Shown: positions 25,503 to 39,318 of the stretch, one piece after another
How positions within the stretch are numbered: position 1 is the stretch's first letter
Layout of the letters: every line of letters begins with the position of its first letter
Program-made: the position numbers and the translations under genes
DNA from: Zygnema circumcarinatum SAG 698-1b
Lineage: Eukaryota; Plantae; Zygnematophyceae
Direction: 5' to 3'
DNA: 64,000 nt
Assembly: GCA_037447605.1 (NCBI GenBank)
Contig: CM074820.1
Location: 310,001-374,000, forward strand
The notes under the pieces: generated by a model
What the model was told of the DNA's origin: nothing
Databases searched by the model: none
Seen by the model: only the letters and a program-made list of their open reading frames with translations

Positions 25503-26450
25503 GGGTAGTGATATTTCCACCCCTTTTTTGGATCCAAACACCCCTTCCCGGCCGGGCAGATTTCAAAAAGGATTAAAAACGGAAAATGCTTTTTTCACAC
25601 CTTTTTGGAATCGATACCCACCCTCCATCGGAAGATTTTATTTTTGCGAAACAAGGAAATAACCCGTCACCCCATTTTGAATATCCCGCCTACCTGAATT
25701 TTTTTCACGCGTGCGGTCAATCGCAGCCGTCGATTCCCTCGCAGATCGCAACACGGCAGATCACTATTTGCTCTGCAGCCGGGCTCGGTCACAGCGAATG
25801 GCACGTGCCCACGTATCCCGCCAAACTCTTCTCAAAAGATTGTTCGTACAAATGTCGTACGGTCGCAACTTTGAGGGACCCAACATTTCGTACATTGAGA
25901 GCTTGGACCAATCACAGTTTTCCACGTCAAAACATTTAACACGTGGCAGATGTTGATTGGCTGAGAGCTGACAATGCACGAGATCTCGGGCCGAGGGACG
26001 CGCGCACTCGCAAGTGCGATACGGCTTTGGCGGGACTCGTGGGCGCTTTCCATTCGCTAAGATCGAGCCCGGTTGCAGATCAAACGTTCGATCTGCAGTG
26101 GTGCGATCTGCGAGAGAAATCGACAGATGCGATTGACACGCACGTGTCAAGGACGGACACCCGCGAACGGTCTCGTGGCGGACGGATCTTCCGCTCCGAG
26201 CGGATTCGGGCAGGCAGATATTTCTTTCCCTCAAAAAAAAAATTCAGGGAGGCGGGATACAGTATTCAAAATGCGGGGACGGGGTATCATTTTCGTTGGT
26301 TAGCAAAAATAAAATCAGCCGACGGAAGAAGGTGGGTATCGATTCTAAAAAGGTGTGAAAAAAGCATTTTCCGTTTTTAATCCCTTTTGAAATCTGCCCG
26401 GCCGGGAAGGGGTGTTTGGATCCAAAGAAGGGGTGGAAATATCACTACGC
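25503..26450. mobile_element. Non-autonomous long-TIR DNA transposon (Mutator- or hAT-like), copy 1
   Basis: ~120-bp near-perfect TIRs (GGGTAGTGATATTTCCACCCC...), degrading to ~200 bp. 8-bp TSD ATTTTCAA at 25495-25502 and 26451-26458. No coding capacity. Confidence 0.9.
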
Positions 26451-27756
26451 ATTTTCAAAAGGCCTTGAAATGCGCACAGTAATGTTGCTATTCGCACAGT
26501 GAAAGATCGACGTGGCATATTGGCTTCCTCTGATTGGTGCAGTTGGCCGACGTGGCAGTCAATAACGGCACAGCCATTTCTTGTGTCCAGTTCCGTTCGG
26601 GCGTGTCGTGCCGTGCGGGCCATGAGGCTCAACCATTGGACAACCATTGGATGGCAACAATTGTTGGCCGGCCAATGTTTGGAACCATTGCTGATGTACA
26701 CTGTTGTCTATCCAATGCAACTAACATGGAAATGCGGTAGATAGCAATTTCCAATGTTCATGGTTGCAAGTTTTCAACATGCACAAGTTTGTTGAACACA
26801 ACAATGCAAAGGTCGGACCATTGGATCAACCATGGCTAATGGTTGCGAACCATTGATTGACGACCCGAACAATCATTGCCAATGGTGGCCAACCATTGCA
26901 CAGGTCAGACCATTCGGTCGGCAACCATTGGATGGCAATGGTTGGACGTCTAATAGTCGCCAACCATTGGCATCCACTGGTTTCGAACCCTTCATGCGCA
27001 TTGAGAGGGCTCAAAAGTTGGGTCTTCTGGAGCTACCGATGGAGAGCGTATTCAGGACGTTCTGTGTTGGGAAAAAATGATGCTACAAAGCAAAAAGTAA
27101 AAATTTAGAAACCAGTTTTCCTAACATAAACTGAACAATGACCAAACAAAATCGACGACAGAAGCATGAAACCACGATGAAACCTGAATCCACGAGGAAA
27201 AATATCGAGAACCGATATATCCTCAATATATCGCGTGCCGTCAGCCTCCACCGAGCTACAGAGGCATCAGTCACCCACAGCTACCGGAAACGTCCAATCC
27301 AGGTCTGATAAAGGCCACATCCCAAACCGTCCGATCAAGAGTAACAGGCACACCTCTTTTGCGATTTATACCACGTGTCACTGCGACATTGAACGACAGA
27401 CCGCCAAGTCGCGTTGACCGCATCTACTTTTCTGACATGGCACGCTGACTTTATTCCACGTCAGCAACTAGTCCAACGGTCGTGCCACGTCAGCAGGACT
27501 CTGCCCTTTCCATCGACAGCGAAGGGCCGTTCTCTTTTGCGAGCTCTTCGAACATCCTCCAATGGGAACCTGCCACATGCATAGGCTGAAACATGGAAAA
27601 CCACTATTCGAGGTGCATGCCACGTGTACAAAGCGGAGACGTGGCGGGCCACCATTGGAGAATGCGAGCGAAGTCAAATGTTTTTGCGTTGCCGTAGGCA
27701 AAAGCTTTGCGGTCGTTTTGATCCGTACGACGGATTCGATTATGTTGTGAAAGATT

Positions 27757-28170
27757 AATTTAATGAAAATGGGGTATAGTTGCCGCGAGTCTGACGTTGC
27801 CACGTCGCGCGTCCTGATTGGTTGTGCGTTTCGTGGGATCGAATGCGTAGAAAATGGGGTATATTGCGTACTTATTGTGTCATTGCCACGTGTCGTTTTC
27901 TACGTACGACGGCGTTCGATTTTGATGTTTTATGTGGTGTACGGATTCGGTTAGGTTGTGAATGATGAATTTAATGAAAATGGGGTATAGTTGCCGCGAG
28001 TCTGACGTTGCCACGTCGCGCGTCCTGATTGGTTGTGCGTTTCGTTGGATCGAATGCGCATAAAATGGGGTATATCGCGTTCCCATTCTGTCATTGCCAC
28101 GTGTCGTTTTCTATGTACGACAGTTTCTGGTTTGAATGTTTTACGGGACGTATTGTTGAAAATAGGGTAT
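27757..28170. repeat. ~211-bp tandem unit (2 copies) of a dispersed repeat family also present at 35144-35480
   Basis: AATTTAATGAAAATGGGGTATAGTTGCCGCGAGTCTGACGTTGCCACGTCGCGCG... starts at 27757 and 27968, and again at 35144 and 35355. Confidence 0.85.
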
Positions 28171-28348
28171 TTGCGCAGCGTGATTAAAGTGGCCACGTGG
28201 TGCATTCCTATTGGTTAGCACGAACGGAATTAGTTATACTTCTTATCCAGTCAGAAATTGCCACGTTGGTGCGGTAGTGTGTTTTTGGATGTCTGTTATC
28301 CAATCAGGTGTTGCCACGTAGCCCTAAAATGGGAAAAAAACCAAAAAA

Positions 28349-28618
28349 AAACCACACACAAACTGCGACGACAGAATGAGGCCTCATTCTGTCTTCGCAG
28401 TTTGTGTGTGGTTTAAAAAAAAAAATAAAAAAAATCAATCTAAATATTACAACATGAGGCCTCATGTTGTATTAATTAGTTTGATTTTTTTTTTTTTTTT
28501 TTTTTTTTGTTAGTAAAAGTCACACACGCAAATACACACACACACAAACACAGTCACAGGGAAAAAAAAAAAAAAACAAATCTTAATATTACAACATTTG
28601 GCCTTATGTTGTAATATT
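28349..28618. repeat. Three clustered palindromes centred on GGCC
   Basis: 66-bp palindrome 28349-28414 (1 mismatch), perfect 24-bp palindrome 28448-28471, and a 13-bp-arm hairpin at ~28585-28618. Confidence 0.9.
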
Positions 28619-28657
28619 GAGTGTTTTTTTTTTTGTTTGTAAAAGTCACACACGAAA

Positions 28658-28949
<292 letters not shown>

Positions 28950-29606
28950 TGTAGCGTAACGCTACAGCGTGACCCTGGAGGCGTACTGATCGTGATACTA
29001 TGACTATACCTCCATCTCAGTGCCTAGCGGATAGGTTAGGACGCTGCCAAGACCGCAGGAGGACTTGGGCTCGATCCTTGCCCCGGGCAAGGGGTCTCTT
29101 TTGGATCGTACTGGTCGTCCGTACGGATGTACGGACGAACCGACATACGGACCCCGCGGCCAGAGATCCGGCCGCGCGCCGCCGCACGCCGGCGCGCCGC
29201 GTCGCGGCGCGACCCGCGAGATGCGGCGGCATCTTTTGACAAGTACCGTCCGTACTGTACGGACGGGCTGACAGGTCTGACTCTGTCAGACTTAGCCGTG
29301 CGCCGCTGCACGACGGCGCGCCGCGTCGCGACGCGCCCCGTGAGATGCGGCGAGACCACGGGCTTGTCCTTAGCCGATAACTCGGCTAAGGATCTCCGCC
29401 ACGCGGCGGGCTCTGATTGGGCAGTCCCGCTCCCGGTCCTCCATGCTGGTAGGGGGTTCAACGGGGGGAGCTTAAGGGGGCTGCGCCCGGATGGGAGACC
29501 ATCCGAGCTCTTTGTACCAGCATTGAGCTCACGCTCCTCTCTCTCTCTCTCTCTTCCTCTCTTGACACTTAGACTCTCAGAGCAGCCTGCCAGGGGGCGG
29601 GTTGTT
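28950..29606 (+). mobile_element. LTR (family 'Y'), 3' terminus clipped and fused to Gypsy pol
   Basis: Starts TGTAGCG. Its 3' ~180 bp matches the reverse complement of 54934-55112, which ends ...GGTTGTTACA. Here it joins pol through a TTGTT microhomology. Confidence 0.7.
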
Positions 29607-32171
29607 GTTTCAACCGTTGTTGAAGGCGTTTGAGGATGTGTTCCTAGACAATCTGCCAAGAGGTCTGCCTCCGGCACGCGGGGTGGGTCATACCATTCCC
29701 CTTGAGCCAGAACAGAAACCTCCTTGGAGGCCTATCTATCGGCTTAGCCCAAAGGAGACTGAAGAGATGCGCAAGCAACTCGCTAATCTGCGTGATAAAG
29801 GCTGGATTGAACCCAGCCAGAGTCCCTTTGGCGCCCCTATCCTTTTTGTAGGAAAAAAGGATGGGTCTTTGCGGATGTGCATCGATTATCGAGCACTCAA
29901 TAAGATCACGGTAAAGAACAGGTTTGCTTTACCGCGAATAGATGATCTTCTCGATCGTCTGCAAGGGGCAAAGGTGTTCACCTCGCTTGATTTGGCCCAA
30001 GGGTACCATCAGATCCGTGTCACGGATGCCGATGTGCCTAAGACAGCATTTCGGACGCCGATTGGTCACTTCCAGTACAAGGTGCTACCTTTTGGNNNNN
30101 NNNNNGAATTACAGCGGACGTGGAAGCGTATGTACTCGCATGCCCAACTTGTCAACGGGATAAGCCCCGCACAGGAAAAGTGACGGGCTTGCTTCAGCCG
30201 CTCACCCCTCCTTACAGGAAGTGGGAGAGTGTAGGGATGGACTTGATCACAGATTTACCTGTGACAGCTCGGGGTTTTGACTCCATCCTCGTGTTCGTCG
30301 ACCGGCTGAGCAAGATGGTGCATTTTGCACCTACTGCCAAGAGAGCTGGGGCCGATGAAGTAGCACGACTCTACGTTGACAAGGTCTGGAGTCAACATGG
30401 ACTTCAATCTGAGATCATCTCAGATAGAGATACCCGATTCACGGGGCATTTCTGGAAAGAGATCCTCCGTATTATCGGGACTAAGCAGGCTATGAGTACA
30501 GCCTTCCACCCTCAGACAGATGGGCAGACGGAGAGGGTTAACCGAATTCTGGAAGACTATTTGAGGCATTATGTGGGACCCGTCCCGGATGGATGGGATG
30601 AACTGCTCCCGGTGGCTGAGTATGCCATTAATAATGCATTCCAGGAATCAATCGGTACCACTCCATTCTTTTTGAACTTTGGTCAGCATCCTCTAAATCC
30701 CCTGCAACCAAGAGATCAGCAGCCTGATTTGTGGAACATGGATGTTCACAGGCTCCCGGATCCTTGGGGCATGAGAGGAGCTGGCGGGAGTCAACCTCCC
30801 GCCGTTAGTGCTTTCACTCGGAAAATGTCCGAGGCGTTACAGAGGGCAAGGCAGACCCTGTTAGCAGCCCAGTCGCGGCAGAAAGCCTATGCTGATCGTC
30901 GTCGTGTTGCATTAACCTTCGCTGTAGGCGATGAGGTACTGCTAAGCACGTCGAACTTGCGCCTGAAGACTTACGGCGGAACCCGTAAGTTGTGGCCTCG
31001 CTTCATGGGACCTTTTTCGGTCGTGAAGCGAATCGGTGAGGTCGCTTACCGGTTGGCTTTACCGGCTCATATGAAAGTGCATCCGGTCTTTCATGTGGGT
31101 CTTCTTAAGGCATACCGCAGCGATGGGAGAGTCCAACCACCTCCCCCTCCAGTGGAAGTTGAGGGTGACCTCGAGTATGAGGTAGAGGCCATCCAAACCC
31201 ACAGGACTGTGAGTAGAGGTCAGACTTCCCGCCACGAATATCTCGTGAAATGGTTGGTGTTGTACGGGCCTAGAGGCCGTACAACGTTTGGCGCATAGTC
31301 TCTAGCGAATAATGAACTAGACGCGAACATCAAGCGACAAGGCTGGTCGCGCGAACAGATGTGACGCGACAAGTTCACGTACCCACGTCTGAAAGCGAAT
31401 TATATGTCGCGGCGCGGCGTAGTCGGCATATCGGACCTTGGCCGGTCGCTAAGTCCGACTATGGGGCGGGGCGCGGCAGCGGTGAAGCGGCGAATTGATC
31501 AGAACCGGAAGCATGCGAGCGCTTGAACCCACTACTTCCGGCAGACTCGGCGGCCAACTATGGAGGGCGGGTCCTTGAGCCCGAGGCAGGCTGGCGAGCC
31601 TTGTTGGGCTGCGGGCTGCATGCACTTTCGCTCGGCGGGGGCGTGACAAGCGGTCCGCGGGGTGGCTGTCCGTAGCTTGATCGTGGAAGTATATGAGAGT
31701 AGCATTCCTCAGAGTAAGCAACCTCATACCACATGCCAATGGGGGTGTGTAGCGAGTTGAGGCCGAGCCTGTAGTTAAGAAGAGGAGTAGTGCTGCCAGT
31801 CTTGGGAAAAAGAGAGTGGGGTAGTGCAAGCTGCATTAAGCGGCCAGGGGCTGCTTGAATCTGTTGTACTTCACCTCCAAAGAAAATCAGAGTTTTATGC
31901 CCGGTGGGGCTTTCTCTATCTTGACGTCTCTTGTCTTGCATCTGTCTTGAGCTTTCCTTTCGCGAACAGCTGCTGCGAAGATGTCTACGACTCAAGAGCC
32001 GAGTGGAGGCGACTCTGTCGAGGGTGGTTCCACCATGGAATTACCAACAGTTGGGCTATGGGGTTGAACATAGCACGTGGGAACGTGAGGGCAATCTGAC
32101 AAATTGCACGGAGCTCCTGAGATTGTACTGGGAGGCGCAGACCGCTGGTGAGCGGGCGCGGGCGGCTAGGG
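29602..32171 (+). mobile_element. Ty3/Gypsy chromovirus-type pol fragments (RT N-half; gap; integrase + chromodomain), family A
   Basis: RT motifs ([37 protein letters not shown]) up to the gap at 30096-30105. Integrase core (W..VGMDLITDLP, TAFHPQTDGQTERVNR, GPF motif, HPVFHV) and chromodomain (YEVEAI...YLVKW|LGYGVEHSTWE), split by a solo LTR. Confidence 0.95.
31258..32049. mobile_element. Solo LTR (family 'Z', 792 bp) inserted in the chromodomain coding sequence
   Basis: TGTTG...CAACA termini and 5-bp TSD GTTGG at 31253-31257 and 32050-32054. Removing it restores the LVKWLGYGVEHSTWE frame. Confidence 0.9.
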
Positions 32172-32231
32172 NNNNNNNNNNAAAAAAAAAAAAAAAATTC
32201 AGAAAATGATGAAGAAAATGTAAAGAATGCA

Positions 32232-32600
32232 AACATCACCATATCCAGGACCGGGTCCTTCCGAAATCTTTCCAGGGTTATTTGCTATACAATACATGGG
32301 TGTGAGCGTAAGTACGGACCTTTTTTCATGAAGATCTTATGTTTCCGAATTTTTTTCAATCTTTTCGAACATCGCTATATCCAGGACCGGGTCCTTCCGA
32401 AATCTTTCCAGGGTTATTTGCTATACAATGCAAGAGTGTGAGCGTAAGTACGAACCTTTTTTCATCATGATCTTATGTTTCCGAAATTTTCTCGATCTTT
32501 TTGAACATCGTCATCTCCAGGACCGGGTCCTTCCGAAATCTGTCCATGGTTATTTGCTATACAACACATAAGTCAAGCGTAAGTACGAACGTTATGTATA
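32232..32600. repeat. ~136-bp tandem repeat, 3 copies, followed by short (ATTTCCAGCG)n at ~32714-32760
   Basis: AACATC...TCCAGGACCGGGTCCTTCCGAAATCT...GTTATTTGCTATACAA at 32232, 32368 and 32504. Confidence 0.85.
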
Positions 32601-32970
32601 TCATGATGTCATTTTTATCATTTTTTTTTTTTTTTTTTTTGGTAATTTTCAAAACTGCGAAATGTCCAAATTTCCAGATTGTCCAGGATTTTAAAATGTC
32701 CAGCTTTTCAAAATTTCCAGCGATTTCCAGCGCGATTTCCAGCGATTTCCAGCGATTTCCTGCTTTAAAAGTCAGGAGGGCTGTAAATCTTTAAGTCGAG
32801 GAAGGGTGACTATGGGCCGGACAACCTAACTGGTAGTGACTGGTCGACTGATGGCGAGACACTGGCCCGACTTGATTGAAAGTACGACTCCTGGTGGCCG
32901 ACAGTGTGGCCAGCCAGCCAGTGGCTGCCTTGTTAGTTTGTTGACTTTTTTGTTTGTAAAAGTCACACAC

Positions 32971-33104
<134 letters not shown>

Positions 33105-33639
33105 CTCCACATCACTCGTCACCGACACAGCCTGATTTCTGACTGCCACAGACTGACTGACTTCTGACTGACTGACTGGACTGACTGACATGTTAGTTAG
33201 TAGCCTCCATCCTTCCTCAACACCCTCTTCAACTTCTTCCTTCGCCCTTCCACCATTCTCCCTTTCACCACACTCCATGTTCCTTCCTCCTCCTTCCTCC
33301 TCAACACCCTCCTTCCTCCTCCTCCTTCCTCAACACCCTCTCCTTTTCCTTCCTTCGCCCTTCCACCATTCTCCCTTTCACCACACTCCATGTTCCTTCC
33401 TCCTTCCTCTTTCCTCCTCCTCCACCAATCATTATTTGTCGGTCATTTCGGTTTCTCTGGTAGGAAGAAATGCAGCAGTAGCTGCAGCAGCAGAACGGCA
33501 GAGAAACCGCAGCGACATAAGTGTTGGTTACGGTAGATTTCGGAACAAAACGGCAGCAAGCACCACCAGCAACTCTTCAGCTAGACAGGCGAGTGTAAGA
33601 AATGGAAGTCGGGAGGAGGTGAAGAACAGGGGAAGATGA

Positions 33640-35000
33640 TATCGCGGTTGTTCCGTAACCGTTTCGTCATCGAAACGTCGTCGACGTCCCCGTACAGGCA
33701 CGAAACGGCTCTATTTGGCTCTATTTCGGCTCTCTTTTTTTTACGTTTTTCGTAATCGCGGGATTGTGATTGTCGGTTGACAATGCCCGAAGCGGCACGC
33801 GTGGCGCGCGGCTCCACGCGGCGTCACGACTACGCGGTGTCTCGCAGCGAGGGATGGCTGACGTCATCATTAATCAATAGTGGCTGATCGGACGGTGCAA
33901 AATTCGCGACGCGCGCGTGCGACACCGGCGACATCGTTCATGCGACACGCGCATACGACGCGCAGATGCGACGCGCGGCAGATTGGTTGGCCTGTTGACT
34001 TTCGTAACTTTCCTTTTCCGTCAATTTTTGTTCGGTTTGATACCACCCAAACCAAACGTAACAAACGTCAGTATGTTTGACACTAGAACGAGTACTCCGG
34101 TGACATCGCGACCCTGCTATAGAGGAGTACTTTCGTAACTTTCCTTTTCCGTCAATTTTTGTTCGCGCCCGCGCGACGCGCGCGTGCGACAGCGGCGACG
34201 TCGTTCATGCGACACGCGCATACGACGCGCAGATGCGACGCGCGGCCGACCCGCGCGCGCGGCGCCGCCAAAAGGCGGAACAATAACCGTGAAGCAGGGC
34301 TGGCCAGTGGCGAGACGCCGCGTGGCTCTTGCTAGCCCGTGGCGGTTCGCCACGTAGCCGGCAACGCGCGCGTGCGACACCGGCGACGTCGTTCATGCGA
34401 CACGCGCATACGACGCGCAGATGCGACGCGCGGACGGCGCCCGGCTGAGTTCTAAGTGGTGTGCTTATAGCGTCCATATTGCATGGAGGACCGCCTTAGC
34501 GACCGTACAAGTCTTCGGGGGTTTGCGCGCGCTGTAGCGCGCGCATGAAGATTGGGCAGAAATGTAGTTGTACGGAGCGGCGCGCTGGTGTACGGCCAGC
34601 GGAGCGCTGATTGGTCGCGGCGCGAGTGCGGAGCGTGGAGCGCGCGACATGTGGCGCGACGGATGGAGATCAACGGTGGTGCACGAAGCGGCGGAACGAA
34701 GCGTCAGTGGAGTCGCTTCAGAATGTCGGCTACGAATCACGTGGCGCCACGTGGACCACTCATGTAGCAGCCGGAAAATGGCGAATGGGACCTGACGGGC
34801 AGAGAATCTGTACGGCAGTCAATCTGTAGGTCGGTCGTCGAACGTCAACGTCGGAACGTCGTCGACGTCACCGTACCGGCACGAAACGGCTCTATTCAGA
34901 CAATCGTCTTTTGGACGAGGATGTGGCCCTTTTTTGTACGGTTTTCGTAATCGGGGGATTGTGATTGTCGGTTGACAATGCCCGAAACGGCATGTTTGTA
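33640..35000. repeat. CpG-rich complex repeat with internal direct repeats
   Basis: ~65-bp unit (GCGCGTGCGACACCGGCGAC.TCGTTCATGCGACACGCGCATACGACGCGCAGATGCGACGCGCGG) at ~33912, ~34180 and ~34370. It is bracketed by a ~130-150-bp direct repeat at ~33665 and ~34855. Confidence 0.75.
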
Positions 35001-36499
35001 CCGGGGTGGGTTGGTAAACCGTAACAGCTTGTTCTGTCAAACACGGGACACGCAAGATTTGGAATGGTTCGGTTGACAACGCCCGAAACGGTTATGGTGT
35101 TGGTCAAATTAATCATAGCTCCAACATACCAGGCTAAAAAAAGAATTTAATGAAAATGGGGTATAGTTGCCACGAGTCTGACGTTGCAACGTCGCGCGTC
35201 CGGATTTGTTGTGCTTTTCGTTGGATCGAATGCGCAGAAAATGGGGTATATCGCGTAACCATTCAGTCATTGCCAAGTGTCGTTTTCTACGTACGACAGC
35301 GTTCGATTTGAATGTTTTATGTGACCTACGGATTCGATTAGGTTGTCAAAGATGAATTTAAAGAAAATGGGGTATAGTTGCCGCAAGTCTGACATTGCCA
35401 CGTCGCGCGACCTGATTGGTTGTACGTTTCGTTGGATCGAATGCGCAGAAAATGGGGTATATCGCGTACCCATTCAGCTTATGTGTTCGATCAGTTTCCG
35501 TTTCAGTTCACTTCACATAATTAAGGTTCGAAGACATTTCTATAAAAAGGCAACGCACGACGATCTTGATCCGCAGCCTGTTGTTTTGAGCATGGCGGTG
35601 TTTCCGCATTTCAAAAAAAGTGCCTTACGGGCCATCCGCCAATGGGTGCGCACCACGTGGAGAGACATTGGCCGGTTCCAACTGAAAATGGCCATGGATG
35701 GTCCTGAAGGGAGCGCTGGGGAGAGGGGAGAGTGGGAGAGGGAGGACAGCTGGAGGAGAGGGAGAGGGAGAGGGAGAGAGAGAGAGAGAGAAGGAGATAG
35801 AGGACAGCTGAAGAGAGGGAGAGAGAAGAGAGAGAGGGAGGACAGCTGGAGGAGAGAGAGAGAAGGAGATAGAGAGTTGAAGAGAGGGAGAGAGAGAAGA
35901 GAGACAGCTGGCGAGAGAGAAGGAGAGAGAGGGAGGACAGCTGGAGAGAGGGAGAAAGATTGGAGGGAGAGGACAGTTGGAGAGAGAGTGAGAGAACAGA
36001 GAGCAATATCAGTTTCGCTCCGAGTGTTGCAATCGCGAGGCCTGCAGCCATGGCTGGTGCGCTTCCACTCCTTCAATCACCTTTATTTGGCCCTTTCAGA
36101 GTTTGGAATCGTGCTCAGCTTGCTTGTTCCACGCTGATGTCATGGGAATGGCCTGTTTGGCCTTTGATGCTGACGTTTGGTCGTGTCACGCTGACGACAT
36201 AATAATAACATGCTAAGGCCATCTAACGTCCTACCAGTTGGTTGAGCTTTGCTGATGTCTTTCTGAGCTCAATTGATGCATGCGCTGACGTCATGCCACT
36301 CCGCACTACTGTTCTGTTGCTGGTGTTCGCTTGGGCCTGCTAATGTAATGCTGATGCCTGCCTGCGTTTGCTGATATCATGCAAACGTCAGTTTGGCCAG
36401 TACTGACGTGACAATGACGCCACTTTCAGCCTTGATCATGTGATCATGTGACATAGTACTGGGAGAAGGTGGCTTTTCTGATCATTTTGCTCATGGAAG

Positions 36500-37913
36500 C
36501 GTCTTCATTCACCTGCACTTGGAAGTACAGGCTTTGGGGCTTCTCCGTTTGGGAGCCAAAACGGCGGGTCTCGAGTGGCCCCATATACACCCACAATTTA
36601 TACAGATGCAGAGGGAATCCCGATCGGAAAGTTCATGGCTATATCGGCAATGGCGATATATTAAAACAAGAGTGCAGAGGACCTGAGGTGGGAGGATTAT
36701 GAATCAGGGGATAAAGGTACAATATACAGTGCGTTTTTTGTGTTGGCTTTATTGATCAATATTTTTTCGACTCTATCCCGAATCCTGGCATTGCAATCAA
36801 TGTTGTGTTTAACGTGTGCAAGAGTTGCTTGCAGTACTGCATGCTGTCCTACCCCATTCTACCCCCACTTTCCTCCTCGCTCTTCTCACTTTACCCCTCC
36901 TTGTATCGCCTTGCTTTCGTGCCTTCTATTTTCCCTCGCCCCTTCTCCTTTCTTACCTCTGCTGTTATATGTTAAGTTTTTCATTCCTTTCGTTTTTGCG
37001 TGTTTGCAGGTGGTCCAACTCTTCCATACGTTTCAGGAGCTGTGTTTTGGCAGAGACAAGCAAGCAAGCTTGGATCATCTACTCCTGCTTTTGGGAACAC
37101 TCCCAATACAAACCCTTTTGGGGCTCCTGCAACAACTGCAGGCATGTTTGGCTCTACTACTGGAGGCGGATTTGCAGTCCCGTCCACACCTGCATTTGGG
37201 ACGTCTACAACGCCTGCATTCGGAGCTTCAGCATCCCCATTTGGAGCCAATTCAACCCCAGCATTTGGGCGGAGTTCAACTTCTGTTTTTGGAGCTACTC
37301 CTCAACCAGCATTTGGGGCCTCTCCTACCCCTGTTTTGGGGGCTCCTTCTAACACTGCCTTTGGAGTATCTTCCTCAACTCGATTTGGGTCTACAACCCC
37401 TGCATTCGGGTCTTCTACTCCAGCTTTTGGAGCCAGTTCTACACCTTCTTTTGGAAGGGGGGGCTCATATTCTTCATTTGGAACATCAACAAGCCCAGCT
37501 TTTGGTGTGGAACATTTCCCAACTTCTCCTTCTTTTGAGGCCTTGTCAGTTTGACTTAGAAGTTTTGCTTTTTTAGGGCTTCACTTCCCTTGTGTTTGAA
37601 TGATGGATGTAATAAAAAACTGGCTGTAATGTTACAAAGGATCTTATTTGCGTATTATATTGCTCCATTATGGTACAGCATTCGGGGCTTCCTCTGATCC
37701 GCTCCACCTTTCCTCTAGCACTTCCGCATTGCTTGGGCAGCCGCAAATTTCTCCGCCTATCTTCAGACCACCAGGCAATCCTTCACAGCAGCCATTCATT
37801 GGGATTGCAAACTCGCCAAGTCTACTTGGTGGAGGTGAGATTACCTCCACTTTTATTGTATACTCTCCCCGGTGGAGGTGAGATTACCTCCACTTTTATT
37901 GTATACTCTCCCC

Positions 37914-37950
<37 letters not shown>

Positions 37951-39318
37951 CTTCCCTCTCTATAACCTTCTTTCTCTCTCCCTCTTTCTCTTCCCCTCCC
38001 ACGCTCTCCCTATCTCTATCTATCTCTCCCTCTCGCCCTTCCCCCCTCTCTCGCGCTTTCTCTCTCTCTCGCACTCTCTCTTTCTCTCGTTGTACAAAGT
38101 ATTTCCTTTAGCCTGCTTCACCTCTCCCTTACCTCCTGTGTAAGAACGTTATCCACTCATCCTATAATTCTTTTTCATTTTTATAACAGCTTTGGAAGCC
38201 TCATCTGGCCCATTCTCTACAGGGATGACAGCTGGACCACCATTTGCAACATTCGCACAGGCCAATACAAGCTCTTCACCATCCACTTTTCCTTTTTCAA
38301 ACATGCAAGAGCCCTCCACTCAGCGAGCATTTAGAGCCACAGGCCATTCATTTGGGCCGGAATTCTCACTGTTTGAGGGAAGATTCTCTGCTCTTGGGGC
38401 ACAGTCCTCCGCGCTCGGGACACAACTCGAGGCATTTGGGTGCCAGCTTTCTTCCCTTGGCAGAGAATTGTCTTCGCTTGGAGTACAGGCCTCTTCCTTA
38501 GGGGCACAGTTTGCTACGTTTGGGGCACAAGCTTGTGACTTTGAGTCACAGACCAGTGCCATGGGTGCTCAACTTTCAGCTCTTGGAATAAAGACCGTTA
38601 CTCGTGAGGCGCAGACGTCTGCGGTTGGGGCACAGGTCACTGATCCTCAGAAGCAGACTTCTGCGGTTGGGGCACAGGTCACTGATCCTCAGAAGCAGAC
38701 TTCTGCGGTTGGGGCACAGGTCACTGATCCTCAGAAGCAGACTTCTGCGGTTGGGGCACAGGTCACTGATCCTCAGAAGCAGACTTCTGCGGTTGGTACA
38801 CAAGCCACTGCTTGTGAGGCACAGACCCCTGCGGTTCAGCCACAGACCACCGCTCCTATCATTAGTCCTTCGCCGAACTCATTTGGGAATGGTGAGGATG
38901 AATGGCCATTCTTTTTATCTGTTGTTCCTTTCTATTGTGATTGGGCTTTGTTGAAGTGTCTATGTTGCACCCCTGTGTGGGTGCTGCTTGTTGTGTGTAT
39001 GTGTGTTTTTCTGTTCCTGTGCTTGTATATACTGACGTCATACTGATACCTGCAGATGCCTGCTGATGCCCGTTTGAGCTACAATGACGTCATACTGTTA
39101 CATGCAGACGCTTGTTGATGTCCCCTTGAGCTAAGTTGACGTCATACTGATGCTCGCTAGCATCTGCTTTTGGATTTGTGCGCCTCGTCGTTCAAATTCA
39201 TTTCCAATTTTTTTTTTTTGTTTTTTTTTTGTTTGCAGAACCTGCTCCTGAAGAAGAAGAAGAAGCACCTGCTCAGGCACTTGCCAATGGGAAGGCCAAA
39301 GAGTGCGGAGAGCGGTGA
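36500..39318 (+). pseudogene. Degenerate/truncated NUP98-like paralog (GLEBS and FG exons; no autoprotease domain)
   Basis: 36500-36716 aligns with the NUP98 GLEBS exon (45752-45961) but has a +1 frameshift near its start and an in-frame TAA at 36662-36664. 37011-37554 aligns with the FG exon at 46332, and intron sequence at ~36830-37010 matches ~46145-46330. Later putative exons at 38190-38891 and 39239-39318. Confidence 0.8.
38612..38797 (+). repeat. 42-bp coding tandem repeat, 4.4 copies (QTSAVGAQVTDPQK)
   Basis: Near-perfect 42-nt period inside the open frame 38192-39046. Confidence 0.95.
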
